The notes below the pieces were generated by a model. It made no database searches. It had not been told where the DNA came from and was given only the letters and a program-made list of their open reading frames with translations. Shown here one piece after another: positions 1 through 12,245 of a DNA stretch of 64,000 nt. The translations under genes and the position numbers were made by a program. The stretch spans positions 56,360,001 through 56,424,000 of the forward strand of contig CM052816.1 in NCBI GenBank assembly GCA_028534125.1, in the 5' to 3' direction. The first letter of the stretch is position 1; each line of letters starts with the position of its first letter. This DNA is from Lama glama (Eukaryota).

Positions 1-704
1 GTGACAACCCACTTGGCACAGGTAGGAAGTTCCAAAGTGGCCTGCCTCTTAGAATCGCAGCTGAGGCATGTTGTCTACAGAGTGTCCTGTGTGTGTGGGG
101 GTGGAGGGTGGGGGGGGGGTGGAGGGAAATCACGTGACTTTGGGATACGGATGTATGGTAGCCGTCTTTATTTCCTCCCAGACCGGGCTGGCCCTGGACT
201 CCTAGGCCTGGAGTGATATTGAGTAAATCACATGCCCACCTCTAGGTCTGAAAATTTCTACCTTGCCCCCTGTGAGTTCCTAGTCATCCTGTGCCAATAC
301 TGAAATTGCTCGTGAAATTCAGGGTCTTTATCTTTAGTAAGTGTTCGGCGAGGCAGCGCTAACTCTGACGGCACAGGGAGTAGCAGCTGCTCAGCTTGGC
401 TGCTTTTGACACCTAGCAGAGGTCACACCTTGTGGGAAGGGGAAATCAGGGAAATGTTACCAGCATACGGGGAGCAAGAAAGGTCCCAGGGTGTAGGATT
501 GATAACAGCCCAGTCTGGAGAGGAGCAGGGTGTGACTGGAGAGCTTGAGAGGCCTCGGTAAATGGGGAAGGGCATGTGGCAAATGTGAGAAATAAAAATG
601 AGGAAATGAAAAGTTAGCTGTAGTCATCCCGTCATTTGCAAATGATTGATAGCTTTCATAGCCATAAGTTCTTTTGATCCTTCCAAGAACACTCACCATG
701 TAGG

Positions 705-850
705 GGTGGTGGTTGTTCCCAGTTTACAGATAAAGATGCTAAGCCCACAGAGAGGCAGAGTGACTTGCTCAATGCTAGCCAGGACTAGGACACAGGTCTT
801 TTGTCTCTGGTTCTGCTCTCTTGTCTATTTCTCCCACTCCACACTGCTGA
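705..850 (-). mobile_element. MIR SINE fragment
   Basis: cccagtttacagataaagatgctaagcccacagagaggcagagtgacttgctcaa resembles the antisense MIR core. Confidence 0.7.
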
Positions 851-2719
851 CTAATAGACTGAGAGTAACCCCACACTGACCCTGCCTACTTCATAATTTT
901 GCCCAGGGTCAGCTGAGCAGGGGATAAGTGATCAGAGAAGAAGGCATACCTAGGAGACTGGGAACTTTTCCCCGAGGTTGACTTAGACTAAATGGATGTC
1001 CATGTCCAATGGTGTTTCATTAGGCTGAACTGCATAATGGGTCTTTAATGTGGGTAAGACAAGACCACCCAACTCACTTTTAACTGATGAAGCTGAAACC
1101 AGATCTGTAGAGGTGAAAGGCTTGTGCATTAGCCCCGTGATAATAGATTTCCAGATGGCTGGAATCGGACCTCTGTCTCTGCTTTTGGCCAGTGATATTG
1201 ACCAATAAATTGCTTTATGTCAATAGATCAGAGATACAGTGCAAGTGAATGCTACATGCAGATAACAGTCTTTATTCAGGGTCTTTTGTAACCATTTAAT
1301 GTGCAATCTTTACTTAAGACTCTCAGAGGGGAAATGTTCTGAGAAACCTCTTTGAAAGTTTTCGACAGGATACATTTTGTAAAGAGTAACATATACTAAA
1401 ATTAAGCAAGGTGTACTTGTAAGAAGGGAAAACATAAGGGCATTTGTGAATGGTTTGAACAGTGCTTGTTACAAATAGCGTTGCCTTTCCAAGCGTCCTC
1501 TCCACAGATGTAATTTTAAAAGCAATGTCATGAGTGGCACACAAAAAGGTAGAAGACTATTCTTGATGTAGCTGTCATTTTCCTTTTAGAGAAATACAAT
1601 TATTTTCCAGTCTACTTTATATAAATGTAAATGTGTGTCTCTGAGAAGGTTTCTCTCCCCTGTGAATTAATGTAGTCCATTTGAAAAGGGGCGATGAATG
1701 GGCTACATGTAAATTATGACTTCCTGGGATGTGTCTTTGACATTCAATTGAAAGAGATGAATCTGGTTGAGGCTGGTAATTGTGCCTCTTTCCCTGTGGG
1801 CTGTAAGTGTATTTGCATGGGAGGAAAATGAATGCAAAGGTGTAGGCAAGAATGCCCTCAGCACCTCAGGTGAGCAGGGGGCATCTTTTAGCGATGGTTT
1901 TTTCCAAAGTTGCTTTGAATGGTCTGAGAAGTAAATCACTTAAAAAATTATTGGTGGAGCTTAGACACTGAATTTCATGTCTTCTTCATGTTCAGAATCT
2001 GGCTCATTATGGTGAGAAATAACCCCCAAGCTGAAAATGGTTGAAGCGAAGGCAGGGCTCTGAGGAAGAAGCCAGCTGGGCTGAATGGTGATGCCAAAAG
2101 CCTTAGAGGCAGAAAAATGCAAAGTGCCTCCCGGTTATGCGTGTTTGCTAGTGAGATTGTGGAGATGTAAGAGATTTTGTACTGGGTAAATCCGCAGCAA
2201 GAATCAGAATTGAGGAGGAAACATGAGAAATCAAACACAGCTCTTAGGTTTCTTAGAGAGATAGAGGGAGACAGAATTGCCTGTCTCTCTCAGCTCAATA
2301 TTTGCTGTGTTGATCTGAAGAACATAAATGATCTAAAATTAGGGCAAGACGAAAGACTTCTATTCTTACATTGAATAAAGCAGTTGTTGATTTCATTGTT
2401 CTTCCTCAGGGACAATCTGCAGCTAGAACCCACACACAATGAAGAGTTTTCAGGTTATAAGAAATGGCGTTACCATTACAAATAACTTTGCCTACTTTCT
2501 TTTAAACTTTGCCCTCAATATAATGTAGACAAAGATAATTTTATGCAGTTATAGGTGTACTTTTTTTTTAACTTCCTAAGTATATTTTTATTACATTTTG
2601 AGAAATTCCCTCATTCTAATTTTAGAGACCATGTACAACACGGTATGGGACAGAACAGGGTCTTAGGGCAGAGTTCAGTTAACAGGGGTGCTGCTTGGGC
2701 AAAGCAGGACAAAGCTTTC

Positions 2720-2910
2720 TTTAAATGTGATAAAAACATAAAATTTACCATCTTAACCATTTCTAAGTTTACAGTTCAGCAGTGTTAAATATATTTACGT
2801 TGTTATGCAACGGCTCTCCGGAACTTTTTCATTTTGCAAATCTGAAACTGTCCCCATTGAACACGAACTGCCATTTCCCCCCCAAACCCCCAGCTCCTGG
2901 CAACTATCCT
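2720..2910 (-). mobile_element. L1MB-like LINE-1 3' end fragment
   Basis: aacataaaatttaccatcttaaccatttctaagtttacagttcagcagtgttaaatatatttacgttgttatgcaac is typical of an antisense L1M 3' UTR. Confidence 0.8.
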
Positions 2911-2974
2911 TCTTTAATAAGAAGAACTGTTATCCTAACTTCTCTTGGTTTATATTTCTAATTAAAAAAGGACC

Positions 2975-3070
2975 AAGCATCAGTCATTCCTTCAACTCAT
3001 CAAATACTTGCTGAGTTGCTTACTGTGTGCCAAGCTCCCTTCTGAGTGTTGGCAAGGCTTATCTCCCTTA
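2975..3070 (-). mobile_element. L2 LINE 3' end fragment
   Basis: cattccttcaactcatcaaatacttgctgagttgcttactgtgtgccaagc matches the antisense L2 tail. Confidence 0.7.
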
Positions 3071-3079
3071 AGCCTATGA

Positions 3080-3521
3080 GATAGTGCCTGAGGTCGGGCT
3101 CTCCGGCAATCAGATGGAGAGGCATGTGCAGGAAGTTTATGGGGGAATGCTTTTGAGATCAACACCTGTGGGGTGAAGGCAGTGGACTGGGAGGGCAGAG
3201 GAGGAGGGAGGAGTCGCAGTACCACACAGCTGCAGCAGGGGACTCTGCAGAGCCCACTGGGGACTGGGAATGCCCTTCAGCTTTGTCCCATCTTAAGGCA
3301 AGGGGACTAGGCTTTTACACACCCCCTCTTCCCCACCACTCCCCACCACCCTCCCAATGATCCCAGTGGGTGTCCAATGCCCCCAGGAAGGGTGTGACCC
3401 TGGGCAAGGCCATCTCTCAGCAGCTGAGAGGTGTCAGCTATCGATATTCCTAGCAGCTGGGGAGGGATTGCATGAGGGCTGAAGGGGGGCTGTGGGGTAA
3501 CCCACTGTAGCAGTCAGTACA
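3080..3521 (-). mobile_element. LTR16-like ERVL LTR
   Basis: Matches remembered LTR16 antisense motifs (caggaagtttatgggggaatgc...gatcaacacctgtg; tgaagggggctgtgggg...cagtaca end). Confidence 0.65.
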
Positions 3522-3660
3522 GGCATTATTCTCCTTTTGACAGAAGAAAACCAACCTTACAGGAGTCCAACAATTTCCCCAAGGTCACGCAGCAACATGG
3601 AGGGCCAGGATGAACCCTGTGCAGGCTGGTCCGGAGCCCGCACTTTCAACTGCCATTTGC
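3522..3660 (-). mobile_element. MIR SINE fragment overlapping candidate exon 3544-3677
   Basis: attattctccttttgacag...ccccaaggtcacgcagc...ggatgaaccc...ggagcccgcactttcaac follows the antisense MIR consensus. Confidence 0.75.
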
Positions 3661-3677
3661 CTTCTCCTGCAAACCAG
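3544..3677 (+). CDS. Candidate MIR-derived exon (134 nt, phase 1->0), open in the frame of the downstream exon chain
   Basis: Acceptor ctccttttgacag, strong donor CAG|GTAAGC; reads ENQPYRSPTISPRSRSNMEGQDEPCAGWSGARTFNCHLPSPANQ. Confidence 0.25.
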
Positions 3678-3809
3678 GTAAGCACACCAGTAAATGAGGA
3701 AGATGCTTTCAAAGAGAAGTACATGCTCTGAAGAAAATCAAAGGGCGCACTCTGCTTCCTGATACATCAGCAATTTCGCCGTGTGTATGGCAGTGACAGT
3801 GACTGCTAG

Positions 3810-3968
3810 CCATCTTCTTATAAGGACACTCATCCCAGTGGGTTAGGCTCCCACACTATGACCTCATTTAACCCTGATTACCTCCTTAAAGGCCTTGTCT
3901 CCAAGTCCAGTCACATTGGGGGTTAGGGCTGCAACATACGAATTTCAGGGGGCCACAATTCAGCCATA
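3810..3968 (-). mobile_element. MLT1A/B-like MaLR LTR fragment
   Basis: tcttcttataaggacac...tatgacctcatttaacc...gggttagggctgcaacatacgaatttc...acaattcagccataa. Confidence 0.8.
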
Positions 3969-4266
3969 AGCACTGAGTACAAAACAAAGTTAACTATGTT
4001 TCTTTGCTATAGGACTTCATTGTCCTAAAGAGACCCTTCAAGAGGGCATCTATTAGCGTTTCCCTAACTTATTTTTCTTTGAGATTCTATGTTAATTTTC
4101 AAGAGATCACTTATTAGGAATCTGGAAAAAAAACTGCTCAAAATAAACTATTGTGCTAACCTTGTGTGTGCACTGGTGTGTAGTCAGAGAAAGCTGAAGT
4201 GGGTGGGGCTGCTGGTTCTTATATTAAGCATTCTACTCTTACATTTTCTTCCTGGTTTTGATGCAG

Positions 4267-4356
4267 GTTTTTACAACTACCCCCAACCAGACCAGTGAGA
4301 CGTCCCCTTTCTTTGCCAGTGAGCCTGCTGATCACAGCACACCTCTGTCATATCAG
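4267..4356 (+). CDS. Candidate internal exon a (90 nt, phase 0->0) of an unidentified + strand gene
   Basis: Pyrimidine-rich acceptor ttttcttcctggttttgatgcag, donor CAG|GTATTT; open frame VFTTTPNQTSETSPFFASEPADHSTPLSYQ; no recognisable repeat. Confidence 0.45.
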
Positions 4357-5284
4357 GTATTTTGGTTGCTATGCATGCTCAGGGACCCTTTCACAGTTTC
4401 CCTGGAAAGCTGAAGGTGTATGACATCTAAATATTAATAAGTGGTCTGTCATTGTATTTAGCAAGCTGTCCTTTCACTCCCTGAAAAGAATACTACTAAA
4501 ATATGATGCTCTTGCATTGACATTGCTGTAGTGTGACGTGCTCATTTGTATTCATGCTGAGCTTCAAAAAGCATCCTAGCCTGCAGATTATTCTAATTAA
4601 ATCGCTGGAAAACCATCCAGCATGATCTCATTTGAACTTTCTGTAATTGCTTACTTCCTCTTCTTCTTTTTAATGCATAAATAAGACCTTCAGATTTTAA
4701 TTTCCCTGTGACTTTCCTTTATTCATAAATACTACCTTTCCTGATGTTTATCATCAGTTCGTTTACAGTAAAAGTTTATTACCTTATCTTTCTGATGCGA
4801 TGTTTAAAGGCAAATTGCTATAATTCCCCCTTATTAAGGAATTATTATTAATAAATATTGTGATTTATTGCTGCAGAACATTAAAGTGTATAATTTTCTT
4901 CTCTGTGCTAAGTGTTATTATACAACAAATGGGAAACTTTATTGTTATTTGGTGGTTCTATTTAGGAACATTCTCTCAAAGGCAGGACAGTGTTGTGGAA
5001 ATGTGACCTTTGGATTTACAGACGCCACTACCAGCGGCTCGACCCTAGGGTTTCTCAGTTTTTAAACGTGTAAAATGAGGCTATATTTTTTTGGCAGAGA
5101 GGATTCATGTGTTTGCAAGGATAAAGGGAGCTGAAAAAAAAGGGAGTTCTTTTTTTCATAAAAAAAAATAATATCATTTGATCACTAATTGACTGGAAGG
5201 TTCTAAAATCTTGAGCACCCAATATAACCCAACCCGTCATGCACGTGCGTGCCTGCACACATATACGCCCCCCCCCCACACCCT

Positions 5285-5900
5285 CTCATGTCAATATCTT
5301 CCTGCTGTTCTGAACTTTATTTAACCATTCCTCTGTTTTGGGTGTTTACACTGTTCCCAGTTTTTGCAATTATAACAATGGTACAGTAACATTTTTTGTA
5401 CATGAATCCTCCCAAATCTGATTATTTCATTCGAGAAGATTCCAGGAAATAAAATCACTGGGTCAAAGTCTACATACTTAAACGTTATATGCATGTATTT
5501 TATAAATACTGCTTTGCTGAAAGAAAACCCAACTAACATCCCTAACGAGGAGTTCACGACAACAGCCGTCCCTCCACGCTCTTGCCAGTACTTAATAGCA
5601 GCATCTCACTGTTGACTTCATTGCACATCTACGGTTACCAGTGATCAGTAAGGCTAAACACTTTCTAATGTGTTTATTACCAGGTGCAACTTCGCAAGAA
5701 TCATTGCATATGCCTATCTTTATATTAGATGTCAACTATTCGTCTTATTAATTTATAACAATCCTTTAATACTAAAAAGTCAAACCTTTACTATATTGTT
5801 TGCAAGTCCATTTCCCGTTTATCATTTGATTTTAATTTTGTTGATAAGATTTTCTGGTGGACAGATGTTTACGTCATTTCATGTGGGCAAACAAAAACAT
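5285..5900 (-). mobile_element. Ancient L1ME-like 3' fragment
   Basis: tttatttaaccattcc...tgttcccagtttttgcaattataacaatg...aaatcactgggtcaaag is an antisense L1M 3' pattern. Confidence 0.65.
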
Positions 5901-6051
5901 CTGTTTATTAAATATGGGTGGTGGCTATGTGAGCATTATATATATTTTTTCTAAAGATGATTCTTAGATAAAACCAATTCAAAAATCATACCTGCTCATT
6001 AAATATTTCTTTCCTTTTGTTTACACTTGGAAAGCACTTTCATTTCCCCCC

Positions 6052-6151
6052 NNNNNNNNNNNNNNNNNNNNNNNNNNNNNNNNNNNNNNNNNNNNNNNNN
6101 NNNNNNNNNNNNNNNNNNNNNNNNNNNNNNNNNNNNNNNNNNNNNNNNNNN
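6052..6151. other. Assembly gap (100 N)
   Basis: Run of N. Confidence 1.
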
Positions 6152-9100
6152 CCATGAATACATGTCAGTCTCCTCCCCAACGTACCCCTCTCCCATGATG
6201 TTCTGACTGCATGCGCACCTTTGTCAGTGATGCTGGACAGACCAAGAGTCAGGAAGAGACCGGCCACACTAGACACTCCTACCACCACCAGCATTTAAAG
6301 GCAGTAGCTAAGCTGTACGGCGTGACATATTTCCCATCAATAGAGGCTTTGGAGTTAGCCTGGCCTTCTAAAAAGAAGGCAGAGTTCTTAAGGGACCTGG
6401 CCATGTTAGTTGCCTCTGATATCCTACAGTGCCCAGAAGATCGCTGAACATCCCGTAGATGCTCAGTGGTACCAAGGGGTCCTCATTTCCTTTTCTTTTG
6501 CAGATTGCTATTCTTAACGATTTTGTGTGTAACAGGAGGACTTCTGTTTTTTTTTTCTTTTTAGCCTTCCAGGATTTTCATTTTTAACCAAATGTTTTTA
6601 TGTATATATATATATTCAGGGCTGAGAATAAATATTCTAAATATAATTTTAAATCTCGATTGAATACACCGGCTATTTTTCAAAGCCTTAGTGTGGATTC
6701 CAGTTTCAGCTCACAGTTTCCTTGCTATTTTATGTCGCAGTCAGATGCGAGTTGTCCAGAAGACTCTTTTTTCATCTAAATGTAGTCTGTTTCACACTTA
6801 GATCTGTGAAGCAATTTGTTAGATAAGGAGGCATCTCTGCTCCGGGCCGGAGGCAGAAAGTAGAACATCCATAGGAGACTAGAGAAAATGAGACAGCCCA
6901 GCATAAGCGAAGCAATTTGGTGAAGAGAAGTTGAAGGGAATCTCTGGGGTCTGACAGCGTGGAGTCACCATCTGTCAGAGGTCTGAGTTACGTGGGTTGA
7001 AAGTTCTGTGCAGGGCTAAGTAGTTGTCTGAAAAGCAGCTTCTACTGAGAAATCAGCAACTGGCTATATTGGCTGCTTATATGATGAAAAAGAGAAAGAT
7101 GGAAAGGAATGCGCTGGCAGGCGTGGTCCCCACGGAGCCCTCCAGCGTGACCTCTTCACATCCTGTGCCGCCACTGAAGTTTCGCATCACTGTTGTTTTC
7201 TGATTTTTCTGCTTTCAGCCTCAGGTATATCTTTTCATGATTTTGCTAGAATTTTCTTCCTCCAATTTTTAAAGCCTGTGTTCAAAAACACGTCACATGA
7301 AGTTTACCATATTAACTACGTTAAAGTGTGCCGTTCAGGGATATTGAGTTCATACGTGATTTTGCTGAATATTCCACACTAAAGTTTTCTCTTCGGGATT
7401 TCATGCCTCAGGCCCATGAGGCCACTGGAGGGCCAATCGATTGGTAGCTGGCATGGTCGGAATGAGCCTGAAATTGTTTTATTTGTGTTGTACACTTGGA
7501 TTTTATTTTTGAAGAGTAATATTATTGGTGGTGGTGTTAGTGATGGTGGTGGTTTAAATGTGAGACCAAAAATAAAACCTGGCTCTGCTGTCAAATATGA
7601 CTCTTAGGGATAATTCAGATTAAAAAGTCTTTGGAAGCTCGGGAATCGAGCATTCATCCCACACCAGAGCTGACTTTCTAACTTGGTGCTCATTCCTGTG
7701 CCAAGTTCGCATTTCAGCTCTTCTCAGGTGTCTCCTAAAGGCAGTGGGTGCAGTCACATTGTTTTGTACATCTTCCACAGTAGTCCTGGGGACCAGCCGC
7801 GGGGTTCTAGGGAAGTCACTTTTCCATTCTGTGCCATCGTTCATCCTGCAGATAACGGTGGCGGTTTTGCACGTTAGGGAGGAGCTGGAAAGAATAATGA
7901 GATCTGTGTAAGGAGCACAACAGAATCGTGCTGTCTTCAGCGGGATCGTCACGTGGGCTGGCCCTGCTCTGTTCTTACAAAGCATCTTGGGTACCAGGAG
8001 TTGTCAGGACTTTCTGGATGGTGTGTGTGTCTAGGAGGTCCCTGTGAATGTATATTGTTGCTGTAATTAGCCATTCCCCCCCTTTTCACTCAGTAACTCA
8101 AACAAACCCAGGCAGTAGAATAAATGACACATTCCTCACTGCTGCGCGGCAGGAATTCTGCCTTGCCGCATGTAAATAGTTATTTGCAACCTGACGAATA
8201 AAAAGAAGAGCCAGCTCAACGTCTGGACAGAGTTGTAGGTTGTCTCAACAAAATAATTTAGGAGGTGGGGATGTCTAGATTCTTCTTCCATCCCTGTTAC
8301 GTTCCCATCCCTTCCCTCTCTTCCTTCTCTCCTTTCTTTCTCTGGTGCAGAACAGACGACCTAGTCCATCATGCCTTTTCTGGGTCAATATCAGTTTACT
8401 TTTCGATCACACCAATTACACACATCACTGTGTGTAGTTGGCAGCTACGTTTAATCGTAAGACCTGGAGAGAGATACTCTGACGTTGCTCTGCTTGTTAC
8501 AGTTGTTGTCCTGTAGCTAAGAAATGGAATTCTGGTTTTTGCATTTTGAAAAAAATAATTGCAGTTTGTACTTCATAATATCCTGCACTTAAAGAACATG
8601 ATTACTGCTAATTATCATTTAGAAAATTATTTTTTGCTTGATTAGAGATTTTAAATGTGTGTCCTTAAATCTAGTGGGTCTTCATTATGTATAGTACTTT
8701 CTAGTCTACATGGGCTTAAATATTAATATATGGAAATGTAGCTTCATTTGCCGTACTTTTGATGTTGGAAGCATAATCAGTGTAATTGGCTTAGATTGTT
8801 TTTTCTCCTGTTTGTATTTCATAGGCTCTAATGTCATTAGTGAGTTGACTACTGAGTGGGTGATCTGCATTTCAGAACTGCCTCTTGAGCACATTATTAC
8901 CATTGGTTTTGATTATTTTAATTCCCCTTCACCCCAGGCAAGCCCTCAAGCTGCACCGTATTATTCGAAGAACCGCTGTCTTCCATTCAGTGAGCAAGCC
9001 TTTCTGTTTTTGAAAACGCATCAGCATTCTGATAAACGCTGACAGTTGTACTTAGTCTGGGGGAGGAACTTGATTTTCTGTAGCATGGGGGTGAGGATGG

Positions 9101-9589
9101 GTAGGTAGGTAGCTCAAGACTTGTGTGACTTCATCCTGAATGGTGGCTAACATGGTGCCCAGAGGGAAGCGGGGTGCCCAGTCCGCTCGGCTTGCAGAGA
9201 CCGATCGGGGTAACTGATGAGCCCTGAGCCTCCTCCCCGCCTGGAGCCAGGGCTCCACATCTGAAGCACTGCGGGCCGCCTGTTGCTGGGACACGGCAGC
9301 CATACTCTCTTTGCCCTCCCTGAGGCTTGTCTTTTGCCCTTGGGAAAAGATTGCTGGATTGACTTAGGGCTTGGGATTCAACTTCCTTTTGGTTTTTGAG
9401 TGGGTTCCAAAACTAACTGTAAAAAGAACCCGGCATTCAAGTCTAAGTTTGGCTACGGTCAGCCACGGAGTCTGCTCACCCTCTGGCCGGGATGCTTGCA
9501 CTCTGTTTGGCTGCTGGTGGTTATTAAGTCATTTGTAGCTGCTCAGGATTTTGACTGTTGAGGCTGCAGGGGAAATGACCAGCGCCAGT

Positions 9590-9720
9590 ATTCTGCTCCT
9601 GTCTTTTTATAGACAAGAAAACAGAGGCTGAGAAGGGTAGAAGCCTGGCTTGAGATGACACAGTTACTGAGTGGCAGGGCTAGGGGGCAAAGTCCCCCTT
9701 TTCCCAGCCAGAGCGCTTTA
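9590..9720 (-). mobile_element. MIR SINE fragment
   Basis: tttttatagacaagaaaacagaggctgagaagggt...gatgacacagttactgagtggcagggctaggg. Confidence 0.65.
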
Positions 9721-9722
9721 CC

Positions 9723-9813
9723 TTTTTTTTTTTCCAGTGGAGTTACTGGGGATTGAACCTAGGACCTTATACATGCTAAGCACGCACTCTATCTCTGAGC
9801 TATGCCTTCCCCC
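9723..9813 (-). mobile_element. tRNA-Ala-derived camelid SINE (vic-1 type)
   Basis: Reverse complement GGGGGAAGGCATAGCTCAGAGATAGAGTGCGTGCTTAGCATGTATAAGGTCCTAGGTTCAATCCCCAGTAACTCCACTGG(A)n has Pol III A and B boxes plus an A tail. Confidence 0.85.
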
Positions 9814-9814
9814 T

Positions 9815-9930
9815 ATTTTTTTTTAATTGAAATAGAGATGATTTAACAGCACTGTGTTAGTTCCAGGTGTACAGCATAGTGATTTGGATTTTGTGTAAAC
9901 TACATTCCATTATAAGTTATATTGGGCTTA
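9815..9930 (-). mobile_element. Lineage-specific L1 3' end fragment
   Basis: ttttttaattgaaatagagatgatttaacagcactgtgttagttccaggtgtacagcatagtgattt. Confidence 0.8.
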
Positions 9931-11745
9931 TGATCTTTACTTCTTAATGGTATCTTGTTACTGGATGGTCCAGAGTAGCAATGTGTTGTGTGCACCTGCT
10001 AACCACATCGTTCATGGGGGTGATTGACAGCCGTACGTGTGTACATGTAGTTCAGTGTGTTCTGGGAAGGCAGAGGCTTTTATAAGGGAAATGAGAGTAC
10101 AAAAGGAATGTAATTAGAAGCATGTGTATATGTATCTACACACATGGACATGTTAAGGAGTCTAGCAGGGTGATTCTGCCCGAATGTGACCCAAGACAGC
10201 TTGGATTTAAAGAGCTTCTCTCCTCCCTTGTGCTGGGGCAAGCTCTCTGCTCCTGTAGTGCTGGAGAAATACAATAGATTGGAGCTCAGTGGTTTGAACT
10301 GCTTGGAAGGCACTGCTGAGTGAGACTCCAACCCCTGGTTAGCACTTTTCTTCACTGTCTGGTTTGAACTGAGGATCTGGAAGTAGAGGCTCTTCCCTGG
10401 GGAGGCTGGAGGGTAAGAACTGGGCAGTTTGAAGTTCCTATAATCATTAGCGTAGGACCCACCAAAGTGCAATTCCTAATGAATTTAATTATTCTAGAAA
10501 TTCTTAATTATCAAAAGGGCTTTGAAATGTTTTCATCAAGAAGTCTCCAGGGTATTCTGGGCAATGTGACATTAGTGTCTAGAACCGGCAGTTCTTCTAA
10601 CAGTTGGTTTAAGTTAATTTGGCTTCATCAAAGGAGGCGAAGAAAATTGATCCAGGCAATATTTTACCGCACATGTCTAGGAACGAGAGTCTCAATCCTA
10701 AATAATCGTTTCCTGCTGTTTCCTCTTTGGGCCAGGCCTCTCCTTATTTTAATTTGTTGGTTTCTGATAAGGGATGTAAGTGAACGTCCTCCCTGCTCAG
10801 TCGTGTGTGAGAACCTGGTCTCCTGAGATACCCGGACTGTTCCATCGCACCACCTTCCCTGACAGCTCAGTTAACAACATCCGGCGGGGGTGCCGCTTGG
10901 CACTGGGCAGGCCTTGCACTGGCCAGAACATTTGGAGACTGACTGCATTTTGTTGGAGTTGCCAGGGAACTTTCAAATTGAATGGACCTGGATACTGAGA
11001 TTTACTTAGTGAAAAGGACAGGATGGACTAGGTCAGTGATTTCTAGACTCTTGGATTCCCTGGATCAATAAAACATCTAAAGTGGTTTTGAAGACTGATA
11101 CAGAATTATCAACCTTCCTTTTTGCCAAGTAAGGGCATCAATAAAGGACCAAGGTATCACCTACGTGACTGCCACATATGTGCAAGGGAGAGAGAGGAGG
11201 GACAGAGGTAGTTTAACAATAAAGGAGAGCCATTACATTCAATTTGAAAAAGTATATAACCCTTAATAAGGTGTCTTTTTTTCTTTTTTTTGAAATTTCA
11301 TCAAAGACCGGTAAAAACTGGCATTTAACTATGCCGGGTGACCTTTTAGGAATCCTTTCTGGATAGAACATTGACTTGAATTTGACATCCTTCACTACGA
11401 CCTAGAGAGTCTTTCATCCTTTCTCAGTGTTTTCCTTCTCAGTAGCTTCCCTTGCGTGTGTGCTCTCTGCCCCTACCCCACCTCCCGCTTGCTCCTCCTC
11501 CTCTGCTCTCCTGTTTCCCAGGGACCCTGTGAAGGGCAGAAGGGCTGTGCGCCACCACTCTGGGTGCCCCTGTCCAAGGGGCAGGCTCCTCTGCTGAACG
11601 GGGTGGTGTTCTCAAACGCAGCGAGAGTGCTACCGTACGCAGTACTCACGCGGCAGATTAAAAGGTAAAACATCTTTGTTTTGCTGACATCACCTATTCA
11701 GAGACACTTCCTTGCTATAATCCTCCAATTATCTGGGCACCTATC

Positions 11746-12245
11746 NNNNNNNNNNNNNNNNNNNNNNNNNNNNNNNNNNNNNNNNNNNNNNNNNNNNNNN
11801 NNNNNNNNNNNNNNNNNNNNNNNNNNNNNNNNNNNNNNNNNNNNNNNNNNNNNNNNNNNNNNNNNNNNNNNNNNNNNNNNNNNNNNNNNNNNNNNNNNNN
11901 NNNNNNNNNNNNNNNNNNNNNNNNNNNNNNNNNNNNNNNNNNNNNNNNNNNNNNNNNNNNNNNNNNNNNNNNNNNNNNNNNNNNNNNNNNNNNNNNNNNN
12001 NNNNNNNNNNNNNNNNNNNNNNNNNNNNNNNNNNNNNNNNNNNNNNNNNNNNNNNNNNNNNNNNNNNNNNNNNNNNNNNNNNNNNNNNNNNNNNNNNNNN
12101 NNNNNNNNNNNNNNNNNNNNNNNNNNNNNNNNNNNNNNNNNNNNNNNNNNNNNNNNNNNNNNNNNNNNNNNNNNNNNNNNNNNNNNNNNNNNNNNNNNNN
12201 NNNNNNNNNNNNNNNNNNNNNNNNNNNNNNNNNNNNNNNNNNNNN
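11746..12245. other. Assembly gap (500 N)
   Basis: Run of N. Confidence 1.

Noticed and set aside
2410..2453. Upstream exon candidate DNLQLEPTHNEEFS that would join 3544 in frame
   Set aside because: The acceptor is good but the donor CAG|GTTATA is weak, so it is too speculative to list as a feature
6211..6447. Protein-looking 78-aa ATG ORF (MRTFVSDAG...)
   Set aside because: No recognisable homology, poly(A) remnant or target-site duplication to support a retrocopy; the length is within chance
9723..9813. tRNA-Ala(AGC) gene
   Set aside because: Stems and A box are degenerate and an A tail follows, so it is a SINE; the same applies to 30164-30248
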